Assembly: GCA_963734885.1 (NCBI GenBank)
Contig: CAVTIJ010000008.1
Coordinates: forward strand, 246,952-310,951
Origin: an uncultured Bacteroidales bacterium
Lineage (GTDB): Bacteria > Bacteroidota > Bacteroidia > Bacteroidales > VadinHA17
Reading direction: 5' to 3'
Length of the DNA: 64,000 bases
In this document: piece after piece, positions 1-8,739 of the stretch
Layout: the number at the start of each line of letters is the position of its first letter
Numbering within the stretch: the first letter of the stretch is position 1
Translations under genes and position numbers: made by a program
Notes under the pieces: generated by a model
Told to the model about the DNA's origin: nothing
The model's database searches: none
What the model saw: only the letters and a program-made list of their open reading frames with translations

Positions 1-78
1 CCGGTCAAAAGATTTTTGAAATTGTTCTTCTTCTTTCTGCCGGATGGAAATTGTTTCAGCAGATTTTCTGTTTCTCAT
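1..78 (-). CDS. partial ORF (5' end only, continues past left edge), unknown function
   Basis: ATG at complement 78-76 opens the frame MRNRKSAETISIRQKEEEQFQKSFDR, which runs off the window. No recognisable motif. Confidence 0.2.
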   Translation of the reverse strand, partial: MRNRKSAETISIRQKEEEQFQKSFDR

Positions 79-271
79 TTTCTGGGTTTGTTGTATTATA
101 ATTGAGAAAACGTGAGTTTTTAATGTTCAGTATATTAAAAAATTGATTTGATTTTATTGAGCAGTCAAGCCACCAAAATAAGTACAGTCCTTGTTATATG
201 GCTACTGCAGATGAATTCGAGCAAGCACCGCCAATTCGTCTAAATTCAGGACAATGAACCAGAAGCTATAC

Positions 272-607
272 CTATCCCCTTTCTTCCTCCACAAAAACAG
301 CCGTTCCATAGCACAACACTTCTGTGACCCCCTGAAGAATTTCAGTTGATTCGTACCTTACACCGATCACTGCATTTGCTCCGAGGGTCTCAGCGTGTTT
401 CATCATTATGTCAAATGCCTCTTCCCTGGTTTTTTCGCAGAGCTCTGATAATATGGTAATATTTCCACCTACAAGTGTCTGAAGACTTGCTCCAATGCTG
501 CCGAATATCGAACGGGATCGCACCAGGATACCTCGTACAACACCCAGGTTTCTTACAATTTTGTATCCTTTAATATCAAAGGATGTGCTTGTTTTACTGT
601 GATCCAT
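272..607 (-). CDS. YbjQ/UPF0145 family protein
   Basis: 111-aa ORF. GVVRGI..RSR, GG and [10 protein letters not shown] blocks are typical of the YbjQ_1 family. Confidence 0.8.
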   Translation of the reverse strand: MDHSKTSTSFDIKGYKIVRNLGVVRGILVRSRSIFGSIGASLQTLVGGNITILSELCEKTREEAFDIMMKHAETLGANAVIGVRYESTEILQGVTEVLCYGTAVFVEEERG

Positions 608-698
608 AATTCAGAATATTATATAATTTGATTCTTTTAAAAGATAGGTTACCTATGAAGTTTTTGGTGAAGACAAATAAATTTTCAGGACATTTCAA

Positions 699-1469
699 TT
701 ACCATCTCATAAAAAGCAGAAAAATTACACCCAGAATAATTCTGTAATACCCAAAGTATTTAAAGCCATAATTCTGAACCAGACTTATGAAGACCTTAAC
801 TGCTATCCAGGCTGTTATAAAGGCAATAATCAGTCCAAGGCATACCAGGAAAATCTCATGACCAGTAAATACTACAGGTGTTTTATATAAATCATAACCG
901 GTGGCGACAACCATTGTGGGAACGGCAAGAAGAAAAGAAAACTCAAGAGCCTGCTTTTTATTCAGGCCGTTAAAAATCCCTCCGATAATAGTAGCAGCTG
1001 CTCTTGACACTCCCGGGATCATTGAAATACTTTGAAAAAGACCAATGAAAAATGCGTTTTTAAAGGAAATATTTTCAAGCACATCCGTTCTGCTTTCCTG
1101 ATTAATCATCTTCTTATCGATTAGGATCAATACTATTCCTCCAAGAATGAGCGAAATGCTTACGACATACGGGTTGAATAAGTAAGTTTTTATATAATGA
1201 TATGCAAAAATCCCCAGAATTCCCGTTGGAATAAATGCAACAGCGAGCTTGAAATATATTGTCAATCCCTGGAGGAATCGTTTGGCATATAACCAGACAA
1301 TCGCCATAATCGCTCCAATCTGTATCGCAATCTCGAAAGTCTTGACAAAAGCATCTTCCGAAATATTCATTATGCTTGAAGCCAGGATCATATGTCCGGT
1401 AGATGAGATCGGCAGGAATTCAGTGATTCCTTCAATTATCGATAAAATTATAGTCTGGATAATATTCAT
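699..1469 (-). CDS. uppP: undecaprenyl-diphosphate phosphatase
   Basis: 256-aa polytopic membrane ORF. N-terminal EGITEFLPISSTGHMIL and the PGVSRAAATI motif are characteristic of BacA/UppP. Confidence 0.9.
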   Translation of the reverse strand: MNIIQTIILSIIEGITEFLPISSTGHMILASSIMNISEDAFVKTFEIAIQIGAIMAIVWLYAKRFLQGLTIYFKLAVAFIPTGILGIFAYHYIKTYLFNPYVVSISLILGGIVLILIDKKMINQESRTDVLENISFKNAFFIGLFQSISMIPGVSRAAATIIGGIFNGLNKKQALEFSFLLAVPTMVVATGYDLYKTPVVFTGHEIFLVCLGLIIAFITAWIAVKVFISLVQNYGFKYFGYYRIILGVIFLLFMRW

Positions 1470-1515
1470 AGCAATAAGTTAATATTTAATTTATTGGAGT
1501 TGCTGATAGTTGAAA

Positions 1516-1640
1516 TCCATTAACCACTAAGGGCACAAAGGTTTACACAAAGCACACAAAGTGTTTTAACTTTGTACTCTTTGTGCCTTTTTCAACCACC
1601 GAAGCTTCTGCGGAGGTGTTCTTTGTGTTCTTTGTGTTTA
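1516..1640. repeat. ORF-less palindromic element built from CACAAAG/CTTTGTG words with a CCATTAACC terminus
   Basis: The left arm carries CACAAAG-type words at 1534-1560. The right arm carries CTTTGTG words at 1571-1587 and 1620-1637. It lies between the stop of the 1663-3072 gene and the uppP start. Confidence 0.7.
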
Positions 1641-1662
1641 AAATAGTATCTTAACATTCCAG

Positions 1663-3072
1663 CTATTTTTTGTTTTCTTTTTCAAAAAGTGTCCATACCT
1701 GTCCCGGCATATCACGAAGAAATTCCTTCTGATAGCTGAATTCAGGATGAGCTGTCAGAAATTCTGCAGCATGGAATGTGTCACCACACGGATGACCCAT
1801 TATAGCCCAGAGTTTCATATCGCTTGCAAGATTCCCGTCGGTTGCCTTTCCCTGAACAGCGCCGGCAGCTGTAAACGCCGGCCAGCCCATATCACCTGTC
1901 CCGGTTGCATCAGAATCGATGTGCCCGCAGAGGGTCAGACCACTGGCTTCATCTTTCTTTCTCCATGTATCCCAATGATCTCCCATGAACTTCATTGCAC
2001 TTGTAACGTCCAGTTTGCCTTTATTTTCCTTCAGTATCTCTTCCCATCTGATTTTACGCGCATTTGGTGAGGAGCTGAGTATAGAAGGATCATATGTAGT
2101 TTCTTCTTTAATGAGCTTCTCGTTCGAAGGGAAATTGGATCCGATAAAATAACCATCCTTCGTTCTTTCAAGAGACTGATTTTTCAGACCCAGTTCCAGG
2201 CGTGCTATCTCTCCGGTTTTATTATCACCAATCAGCCAGTCATTTGCATAGCCGCCATTATTTTTCTCTTTCATTGTTGAAGCCCAATCATCAATGGACG
2301 ATGAATATTGAATTGCCTTCCTGGCGCGGACAAACTCAGCAACGCCGGTTGTGTCAAAACCCTTAAACTGAGTTATCGTTGTTTCGGTCACGATCAACCC
2401 GGCGCTGTTGATGTAAAAATCGTCTCCGCTGTGTATGAAACCGGGCAGGGCGTCCATTACAATCCTGTTCCCTTTTTCCGGAACAATGTCAAGGATTATG
2501 TTCCACCGCTCACCGATTACATATTCAACCCAGTTATTATGAGCCATTACGATTTTACCGTCTTTTGTCCAGGAACCTGTTGCGGCGATGGCGCTGCAAT
2601 GACCCGGCGGCGTTGGTTTCTCTGTAGAGTTAAGATATGGCACGTAATACCACGAAGTTTCAAGAATAGCATTCATTGCTATTATATCTTTCCGGTCAAT
2701 CTTGCCTGCACCAAGTTTTGCGTTGACACCAGTAACTATTCCATCAATTTCAAGTTGATATTCTGTCGGAATATTCTTCCAGAATAATCTTTCAGATGAT
2801 GTGCGATAGAATTCCCAGTTCCTTCCTGTCGTTTTTTCATTCAGCATGGACATTGCTCCACGCAAATCAATTATTTCATTTGCCAGCAGGTATCCATGCT
2901 GGTAGCCGATAACACCCGGAGCTCCCTCGAGATGAACGGATATCCATCCATTCTTCTCGCTGCGGGAAGCTTTTGCCATCATCTGTTCTTGCGATAGCGG
3001 TTTCTTTGAAGTTGTAGTGTTGCACCCTGTCAGAAAACCTAATGCCAAAACGATAACCAGGTATTTTTTCAT
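1663..3072 (-). CDS. lipoprotein, C45-family (acyl-CoA:6-APA acyltransferase-like) peptidase/hydrolase candidate
   Basis: Lipobox signal peptide (LALGFLTGC). The GHCSAIAATGSWTKDGKIVMAHNNW segment resembles the autoproteolytic Cys nucleophile region of C45/Ntn hydrolases. Confidence 0.55.
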   Translation of the reverse strand: MKKYLVIVLALGFLTGCNTTTSKKPLSQEQMMAKASRSEKNGWISVHLEGAPGVIGYQHGYLLANEIIDLRGAMSMLNEKTTGRNWEFYRTSSERLFWKNIPTEYQLEIDGIVTGVNAKLGAGKIDRKDIIAMNAILETSWYYVPYLNSTEKPTPPGHCSAIAATGSWTKDGKIVMAHNNWVEYVIGERWNIILDIVPEKGNRIVMDALPGFIHSGDDFYINSAGLIVTETTITQFKGFDTTGVAEFVRARKAIQYSSSIDDWASTMKEKNNGGYANDWLIGDNKTGEIARLELGLKNQSLERTKDGYFIGSNFPSNEKLIKEETTYDPSILSSSPNARKIRWEEILKENKGKLDVTSAMKFMGDHWDTWRKKDEASGLTLCGHIDSDATGTGDMGWPAFTAAGAVQGKATDGNLASDMKLWAIMGHPCGDTFHAAEFLTAHPEFSYQKEFLRDMPGQVWTLFEKENKK

Positions 3073-3179
3073 ATTGATAATACTATAATCAGTCCCCTAC
3101 TCATAAGTGGTCAAATGATGTCCATCCTGTTAAAACTTATAACAGAATGGACAGCTTCAAGGATGTAAAGTTCTCTGAC

Positions 3180-3920
3180 CTATTTTAATTCCTTGATTTT
3201 TATGTTTCTGAACCATACCGGGTAACCATGATCCTGAAGTCCGATAAATCCTTCTTTTGAGATTCCTTCTGTAAATCCCGGGAAATCTTTGAATTTACTG
3301 TTTGCGACCATTTTGTCCCATGCCGGTGTCCAAAGTTCATATTCCACAACCTTAACTCCATTCTGTACATGAGTGACTTTTCCGTTATTTACTGTAATAA
3401 TAATTGTATTCCATTGTCCGGCAGGATGAACAGTTTTTGGATCTGCTGCTATCATATCATAAAGCGAACCTGCAAGGTGACTGGGTATCTTATTGTCCTC
3501 GGCATCAACGTTGTCGAGAATCTGAACTTCAGGAGCTGCATAATATATTGGTTTTCCCGGGATTTCCCTTACATCGTAAAAGATACCTGAGTTTGCCATT
3601 TTACTTGCTTTCCAGTCAACTGACAATTCGAAATTTTTAAATTTCTTGTCACCGTAAAGAATATCCCCGTTTGAACCTTCACCCGGTTTCTTGCCTTCTG
3701 CGGTAAATACTTTCATTGTTCCATTTTCAATAACCCAGTTTTTAGGCATTGCCGTTCCGTTGCACTGACGCCAGCCATTAAAATCTTTGCCATCAAATAA
3801 TAATACCCATCCGTCTTTCTTTTCCTTTGCGGAAAGTTTATTCAGATCCTGACCGTAGGAAGGGACCATGATAAGCATTGTTGCTGCAAATGATAACGAT
3901 AAAATAATGTTTCTCTTCAT
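3180..3920 (-). CDS. DUF1080 (3-keto-disaccharide hydrolase-like) secreted protein
   Basis: Signal peptide, GW..LFDGKDFNGWR near the N-terminus and GLQDHGYPVWFRNIKIKEL at the C-terminus are typical DUF1080 blocks. Confidence 0.8.
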   Translation of the reverse strand: MKRNIILSLSFAATMLIMVPSYGQDLNKLSAKEKKDGWVLLFDGKDFNGWRQCNGTAMPKNWVIENGTMKVFTAEGKKPGEGSNGDILYGDKKFKNFELSVDWKASKMANSGIFYDVREIPGKPIYYAAPEVQILDNVDAEDNKIPSHLAGSLYDMIAADPKTVHPAGQWNTIIITVNNGKVTHVQNGVKVVEYELWTPAWDKMVANSKFKDFPGFTEGISKEGFIGLQDHGYPVWFRNIKIKELK

Positions 3921-4134
3921 AATATTGATTTTTAGAAATTTTCCGATGCAAATTAGTCAAAATAATCATTCGTAATATTTTGTGATTTACATTTTGTGCC
4001 CACAGGTAGATAAGGAACAGTCGCGACTGTTCCTTACACAACATTTGTTTGCTTTTCCGTTTTATACTACATGATAATAAATAAGGGATACTAGTTGATT
4101 AAATTTTTATAAAGAACTAATTTTAATTGTTTTT

Positions 4135-5403
4135 GTGCCGATCATTAATTTAAAAGAATTCAATATGAAACGAGAACAGTATATTCCATTTGATAAGGAA
4201 TTCTTATTGGAACAGCAAATTGCAGAATATGCTGCAGATAACAAGGAAGTAGAAGATTTCAAAAAGCTATTTGATATACTGGAACATTATTTTCACTACG
4301 AAGCCTTTAATCTTATCCGTAAATTAAAACAAAATTATGCCTCTTTCGATCCTGATTTAAGTCCTAAAGAAAGGGACGGATTCATAGGCAAAAGTGATTT
4401 TCCGATTTTTAAAGAGACCCTTCTTAAAGTTCTTGAGCGGGGCAATTTTTGTCGTGTTGATCAGGATACCCTGGATGAAGCCTTGAAAAATTCAGATCTT
4501 ATTGGATTAAAGCTTGCAATTGACTTTAATGATTTTAAAGATTATGGAATATATGTCCGGGGTCACCATAAAACCAGGGAAAAGGTCACCAGATTCTTTT
4601 TGTGGAAGAAAGAAATAGAGTTTGAGTACTATGACCGCGTAATGATTTACCTTAATTATAACGATGCAGACTACTTTAACGAAAAGAAGGTTCCTTTAAG
4701 TAAACTACCCTTTGATCCGGGGTGCATTGTATTAAAAATTTTCAAGCGGGTTCCAAAAAACGATCTCGAAACTATATTTCCAAATGCAGTTCCCAGGATG
4801 TCGGCAATAGATAAAATATTATTCTGGGTCCCTGGTGTCGGTGGCGGTATTTCATTATTGAGTACGAAAGTAGTTCCGGCATTGATTACAATGTATGCCG
4901 CATACAAATCAGGTGAGTCAATAAATCTTTTAAACAGTAAAACTGCACTTAACCAGGGCCTAATAGCGCTTGGAATATTGGGTGGTTATTTGTTCCGGCA
5001 ATACAACAGCTTTGTAAATAAGAAAATAAAATTTTCAAAGATGCTTTCCGACAGTCTTTACTTCAAAAATCTGGGTAATAACAGCGGGGCATTTTATTCA
5101 TTGTTAAACTCTTCGGAAGAAGAAGAGCTTAAAGAGACAATTTTGGCATATGCATTTTTAAATAGAAGCAAGAAGCCCCTGACAGCAGAAGAGCTCGATT
5201 CCCAAATTGAGGCATGGTTTAAGATAAGGCTGGATACTGACCTTGATTTTGATGTAGAAGACGCTTTATTTAAATTGAAAAACATTGGTCTTGGCATCGA
5301 GACTAATGGCAAATGGAAGGTTATTCCGTTAGAGAAGGCACTTGTTCTGGTAGATGAAGTATGGGATGGGATATTTGAGTATAATCAACCACATCCGGTT
5401 TGA
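4135..5403 (+). CDS. hypothetical membrane-associated protein (possibly DUF3754/TMEM143-like)
   Basis: 422-aa ORF with two central hydrophobic segments (WVPGVGGGISLLSTKVVPALI, GLIALGILGGYLF). The track start is GTG, and ATG at 4165 is an alternative start. Confidence 0.4.
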   Translation: MPIINLKEFNMKREQYIPFDKEFLLEQQIAEYAADNKEVEDFKKLFDILEHYFHYEAFNLIRKLKQNYASFDPDLSPKERDGFIGKSDFPIFKETLLKVLERGNFCRVDQDTLDEALKNSDLIGLKLAIDFNDFKDYGIYVRGHHKTREKVTRFFLWKKEIEFEYYDRVMIYLNYNDADYFNEKKVPLSKLPFDPGCIVLKIFKRVPKNDLETIFPNAVPRMSAIDKILFWVPGVGGGISLLSTKVVPALITMYAAYKSGESINLLNSKTALNQGLIALGILGGYLFRQYNSFVNKKIKFSKMLSDSLYFKNLGNNSGAFYSLLNSSEEEELKETILAYAFLNRSKKPLTAEELDSQIEAWFKIRLDTDLDFDVEDALFKLKNIGLGIETNGKWKVIPLEKALVLVDEVWDGIFEYNQPHPV

Positions 5404-5460
5404 GAGTTAAAAAGAAACTCACCCCCTTCCCAATAGCCGTCACAACTTTACTTGTATTAT

Positions 5461-5601
5461 ATGCCTCCGGAGTCTAGTCCTTTATTAAACGATGAAGCTA
5501 AAAGGGTTATCAGCAGCATGCCCGACTGGAAACCGGGGAAACAGGCCGGAAAAGCCGTTGCAGTTCAGTATAATGTGCCTGTGGAATTTAAATTGAAGTA
5601 A
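5461..5601 (+). pseudogene. remnant of a TonB C-terminal domain
   Basis: The 46-aa ORF MPPESSPLLNDEAKRVISSMPDWKPGKQAGKAVAVQYNVPVEFKLK matches only the last ~45 residues of Bacteroidota TonB-like proteins (MPxWKPGxQxGK..V..xY..P..F). No N-terminal part is present. Confidence 0.5.
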
Positions 5602-5602
5602 T

Positions 5603-5664
5603 CGGTGAGCGGTATGCGGTATGCGTTATCATCACCGCAAACCTCATACCGCAGACCGCAAGCC
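5603..5664. repeat. solo short hairpin of GCGGTATG / CATACCGC 8-mer words
   Basis: ggtgagcggtatgcggtatgcg ... ccgcaaacctcataccgcagaccgcaagcc. The word family matches the arms flanking the 43122-43479 four-helix-bundle pseudogene, but nothing lies in the loop. Confidence 0.6.
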
Positions 5665-5665
5665 G

Positions 5666-8125
5666 TTATTCTTCATTTTCACCTGCCATAAAAAACGCTG
5701 CATGTACCGGGGCCGGGCAGACTGAATCCAGTCCTTTTATGGCTTTCCAGAGTATCTCATTGAATTCGGTATCATTAGCCAGATCTTCTTTTGTAAAATC
5801 AAAGACCTCGCTTTTCTTCTGCCACAGGTTTTGAGCAGTATTCTTTGCATTCAAATCTACCAGACAAGGCCTCACGGAAAATGCAGGATGATCAGGAGTA
5901 TTATTCATGCATCTCCACAAAGGCGTTGCAGGAGCATCATACTGCGTCATTGGAGGAAGTGCGAGGATCAGCTCAATAGTACGCAATAGTGACGCAGTAG
6001 TATAGGCAGTATGATCGACAAATCCTTTTTTAACGAAACCGCCGGCAATATAGGCAGGACTTCTGTGGGCATCCACATGATCGGGACCGTTTTGCGCATC
6101 GTCTTCTACTATTATTATCAGGCTGTTTTTCCATATCCGGCTATGGCTCAGATAATCCACAAATAAACCGACAGCCAGGTCATTATCAGCAGCATGGGCA
6201 AATGGAGTTGGTCTGCCCAGACTCAGCCCTTCCGTATGATCGTTTGGAAAGCGGATTGAATTAAACGCCGGAACGGCATTTATTGACAGAAGTGAATCAA
6301 AATCATTTTTCCATTGCCGAAACCGGATGGTATCGCGGATGGAGAGATCCCAGCTGGCAAAACCGGGACAAAAGTGTCCTTTCAGTACTGAAACTGCTGG
6401 TTTTGTGCCATCCATAAACTCGGCGTACGAGCGGAAACTGACACCATTTCGCTGGCAATCATCCCAGAGAAATCCGTCTTTATTGTTTGCAATTGGAATG
6501 GCGCCTTCACCCGGATACTCACCGCCCCGTCCCCCGTAACTCGTGGGCCAATTCTTTTCAAGATAATCGGTTGCATAAGCGCCCATTGTCCAGTTATGGC
6601 CGTCAGCGCTTACCTCGCCGTTAACGTAAAAATTATCCAACAGCACAAATTCCCTTGCGATAGCATGCTGATTCGGAGTAATATTTTCACCAAAAAGAAC
6701 AAGTTTTTGATCACCATTTCCTTCAGGAATATCTCCAAGCACCTGATCATAAGTCCGGTTCTCTTTAATAATGTAAAAAATATGCTTAATCGGCGAACTA
6801 TCACCAACTTTCATAGGAATCGGATTGCCTTTCTTTCCTTCCGAGGTCAGTTCTGTCTTTTTGTTATACGGAGTATTGTTATAAACAGCTTTTGAATACA
6901 CTGCAAGTTGAGCTGCGTCAGGAGTGCTCAGAATTGACATCGTTCCCCTTAAAAGACCTCCGATATATTGTTCCTTTATTTTATGTTCTTTACCTCCGGC
7001 CTGGTACACTACTTCATCACCTTTGCGGGCAGGATTCGGTCCGTAAGGGTTTGCATGGGAAGACAGGCCTTTCCCGTTACTGACCAGTATTTTGTTATTT
7101 GCCACCCGCACACAGGTTGGATACCAGCCGGTTGGAATAAATCCTTTGTTTTTAGACGATCCTGGTGTGCTTACATCAAATACGGCAAGGCAGTTATTGT
7201 CCGCATTAGCAATGTACAATGTCTTTTCATCATTACTGAGCGACACACTGTTCGTTGTTGAACCTGACGGTGATCCGGCATAAAGAGCTGAATTGAGTGT
7301 TTCTGTCACCTTCATGAGCTTCGAATCAATCACCGAGACTGAATTATCATTTGCGTTGGCAACAAAAAGAAATTTCCCATTCGTCGTAATACACAGATCA
7401 TTGGGATTGTCACCTACAGCTATGGTACCAGTAATTTTGAGCAATTCGGTATTAAAAACTTCTACCTTGTCACAACCCCAGCAGGATATATACAGTAATC
7501 TATGATCCGGCGAAAGAAGACATGTATATCCTTGGCCGCCAAGAGGGGAAGAAGAAATTACTTTTTTGGTTTTAGTGTCAAGAATGTAAAGTGAGTTATT
7601 CTCCTGCGTCACTGCATATAACCTGTTCTTAGGGTCATCAAGAGCAATACCTGCAATTGAGATCTTTTCGGGCCAGGGTTTGCCAATAATAATAGAATCG
7701 TTGACCACCAAGCGATTATTACTGATAAGATACCTGATTATTTTATTGTCATTTCCACCTGAAGCGTACAAATATTTACCATCGTCAGAAAATGTAAGTC
7801 CAAGCCACGATTTTTTTATAATTATAGAATCAAGGACAACATCCTTTTCGAGGTCTATCAGCTGGATTGTCTGGTCGCTTTCACCATTATTAGTTACTGC
7901 AGCGAGTTTCTTTGAAGGTGATACTGCAATATTCAATGGCAGATCGCCAAGCGGCAATTGTTTTCCGACAGGGGTCAGTTTCCAGGCATTTGGAAGAGTA
8001 ACTGCATGCGATTCAAGTTCCTGCAATGTTTGGGCAGGGAGATTGACTATGAAAATCGATAGTATTATCTGAAGAAGGAGCAGTTTTTTTGCGAATTTCA
8101 TTTTCAGAGTATAATTAAATTTCAA
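5666..8125 (-). CDS. secreted beta-propeller (YncE/YVTN-like) fused to a phosphoesterase (PlcN/AcpA family) domain
   Basis: The N-terminal half has repeated propeller blades (LY.. .N.V.V.D). The C-terminal half has IFYIIKENRTYDQVLGD and DDAQNGPDHVDAHRS, typical of the phosphoesterase family. The start is more likely M9 (8101). Confidence 0.7.
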   Translation of the reverse strand: MKFNYTLKMKFAKKLLLLQIILSIFIVNLPAQTLQELESHAVTLPNAWKLTPVGKQLPLGDLPLNIAVSPSKKLAAVTNNGESDQTIQLIDLEKDVVLDSIIIKKSWLGLTFSDDGKYLYASGGNDNKIIRYLISNNRLVVNDSIIIGKPWPEKISIAGIALDDPKNRLYAVTQENNSLYILDTKTKKVISSSPLGGQGYTCLLSPDHRLLYISCWGCDKVEVFNTELLKITGTIAVGDNPNDLCITTNGKFLFVANANDNSVSVIDSKLMKVTETLNSALYAGSPSGSTTNSVSLSNDEKTLYIANADNNCLAVFDVSTPGSSKNKGFIPTGWYPTCVRVANNKILVSNGKGLSSHANPYGPNPARKGDEVVYQAGGKEHKIKEQYIGGLLRGTMSILSTPDAAQLAVYSKAVYNNTPYNKKTELTSEGKKGNPIPMKVGDSSPIKHIFYIIKENRTYDQVLGDIPEGNGDQKLVLFGENITPNQHAIAREFVLLDNFYVNGEVSADGHNWTMGAYATDYLEKNWPTSYGGRGGEYPGEGAIPIANNKDGFLWDDCQRNGVSFRSYAEFMDGTKPAVSVLKGHFCPGFASWDLSIRDTIRFRQWKNDFDSLLSINAVPAFNSIRFPNDHTEGLSLGRPTPFAHAADNDLAVGLFVDYLSHSRIWKNSLIIIVEDDAQNGPDHVDAHRSPAYIAGGFVKKGFVDHTAYTTASLLRTIELILALPPMTQYDAPATPLWRCMNNTPDHPAFSVRPCLVDLNAKNTAQNLWQKKSEVFDFTKEDLANDTEFNEILWKAIKGLDSVCPAPVHAAFFMAGENEE

Positions 8126-8192
8126 ACAAAATTTAAATATGTTGGTTCGGAATAGATTTTATATCTATTAACCGATCCGAATCTCAGAGATT

Positions 8193-8724
8193 TTTACCCC
8201 CTTTCTTATTTCCCCCAAGGGGGAAATGATAGTTTCTGTTACTGAGATAATTATGAGTTAGAATCTGAGTTATTCATGACCTCTTTAATCTTCTTAATGA
8301 CCAATTCAATTTTGTTTTCAACATCTGAATTCTTAAATCGAATAACTTTCAAACCAGAAGATTCCAGGAATTTAGTTCTTTCAACATCATAATTTTTTCG
8401 ACCTAAATGAATCATCCCATCAATTTCAATAGCCAAATTAGCCTCAAAACAGTAAAAATCCAATATGTAGACTCCATATGGATGCTGTCTACGGAAATGC
8501 ATTCCTTCTATTTTTCTAGCTCTGATATGGTCCCACAGAATTTTTTCCTGGGATGTCATATTTCTTCTTAGCTTCCGTGCTTGATCCTTTAACTTTAAAT
8601 TGGCACCGAAATTATGTTTAGACAAATTTATTAATCGCGAGCAAGCCATATTCTTCCTCCAATCTAATGTTCAGTAAGAAACCACCCCTTCCCCCGTGGG
8701 GGAAGGATGGGAAGGGGGTAAATA
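8193..8724. mobile_element. putative DUF559 mini-cassette bounded by imperfect terminal inverted repeats
   Basis: tttaccccctttc (8193-8205) pairs with ggaagggggtaaa (8712-8724) at 12/13 positions. Inner palindromes are ttcccccaagggggaa (8210-8225) and ccttcccccgtgggggaagg (8689-8708). A single DUF559 ORF lies inside. Confidence 0.4.
8251..8649 (-). CDS. DUF559 endonuclease-domain protein (Vsr/PD-(D/E)XK-like)
   Basis: LRRNMTSQEKILWDHIR, FRRQHPYGVYILDFYC and LAIEIDG..H..Y..R blocks are typical of DUF559. Confidence 0.8.
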   Translation of the reverse strand: MACSRLINLSKHNFGANLKLKDQARKLRRNMTSQEKILWDHIRARKIEGMHFRRQHPYGVYILDFYCFEANLAIEIDGMIHLGRKNYDVERTKFLESSGLKVIRFKNSDVENKIELVIKKIKEVMNNSDSNS

Positions 8725-8739
8725 TCGAGATAAGGGGTT

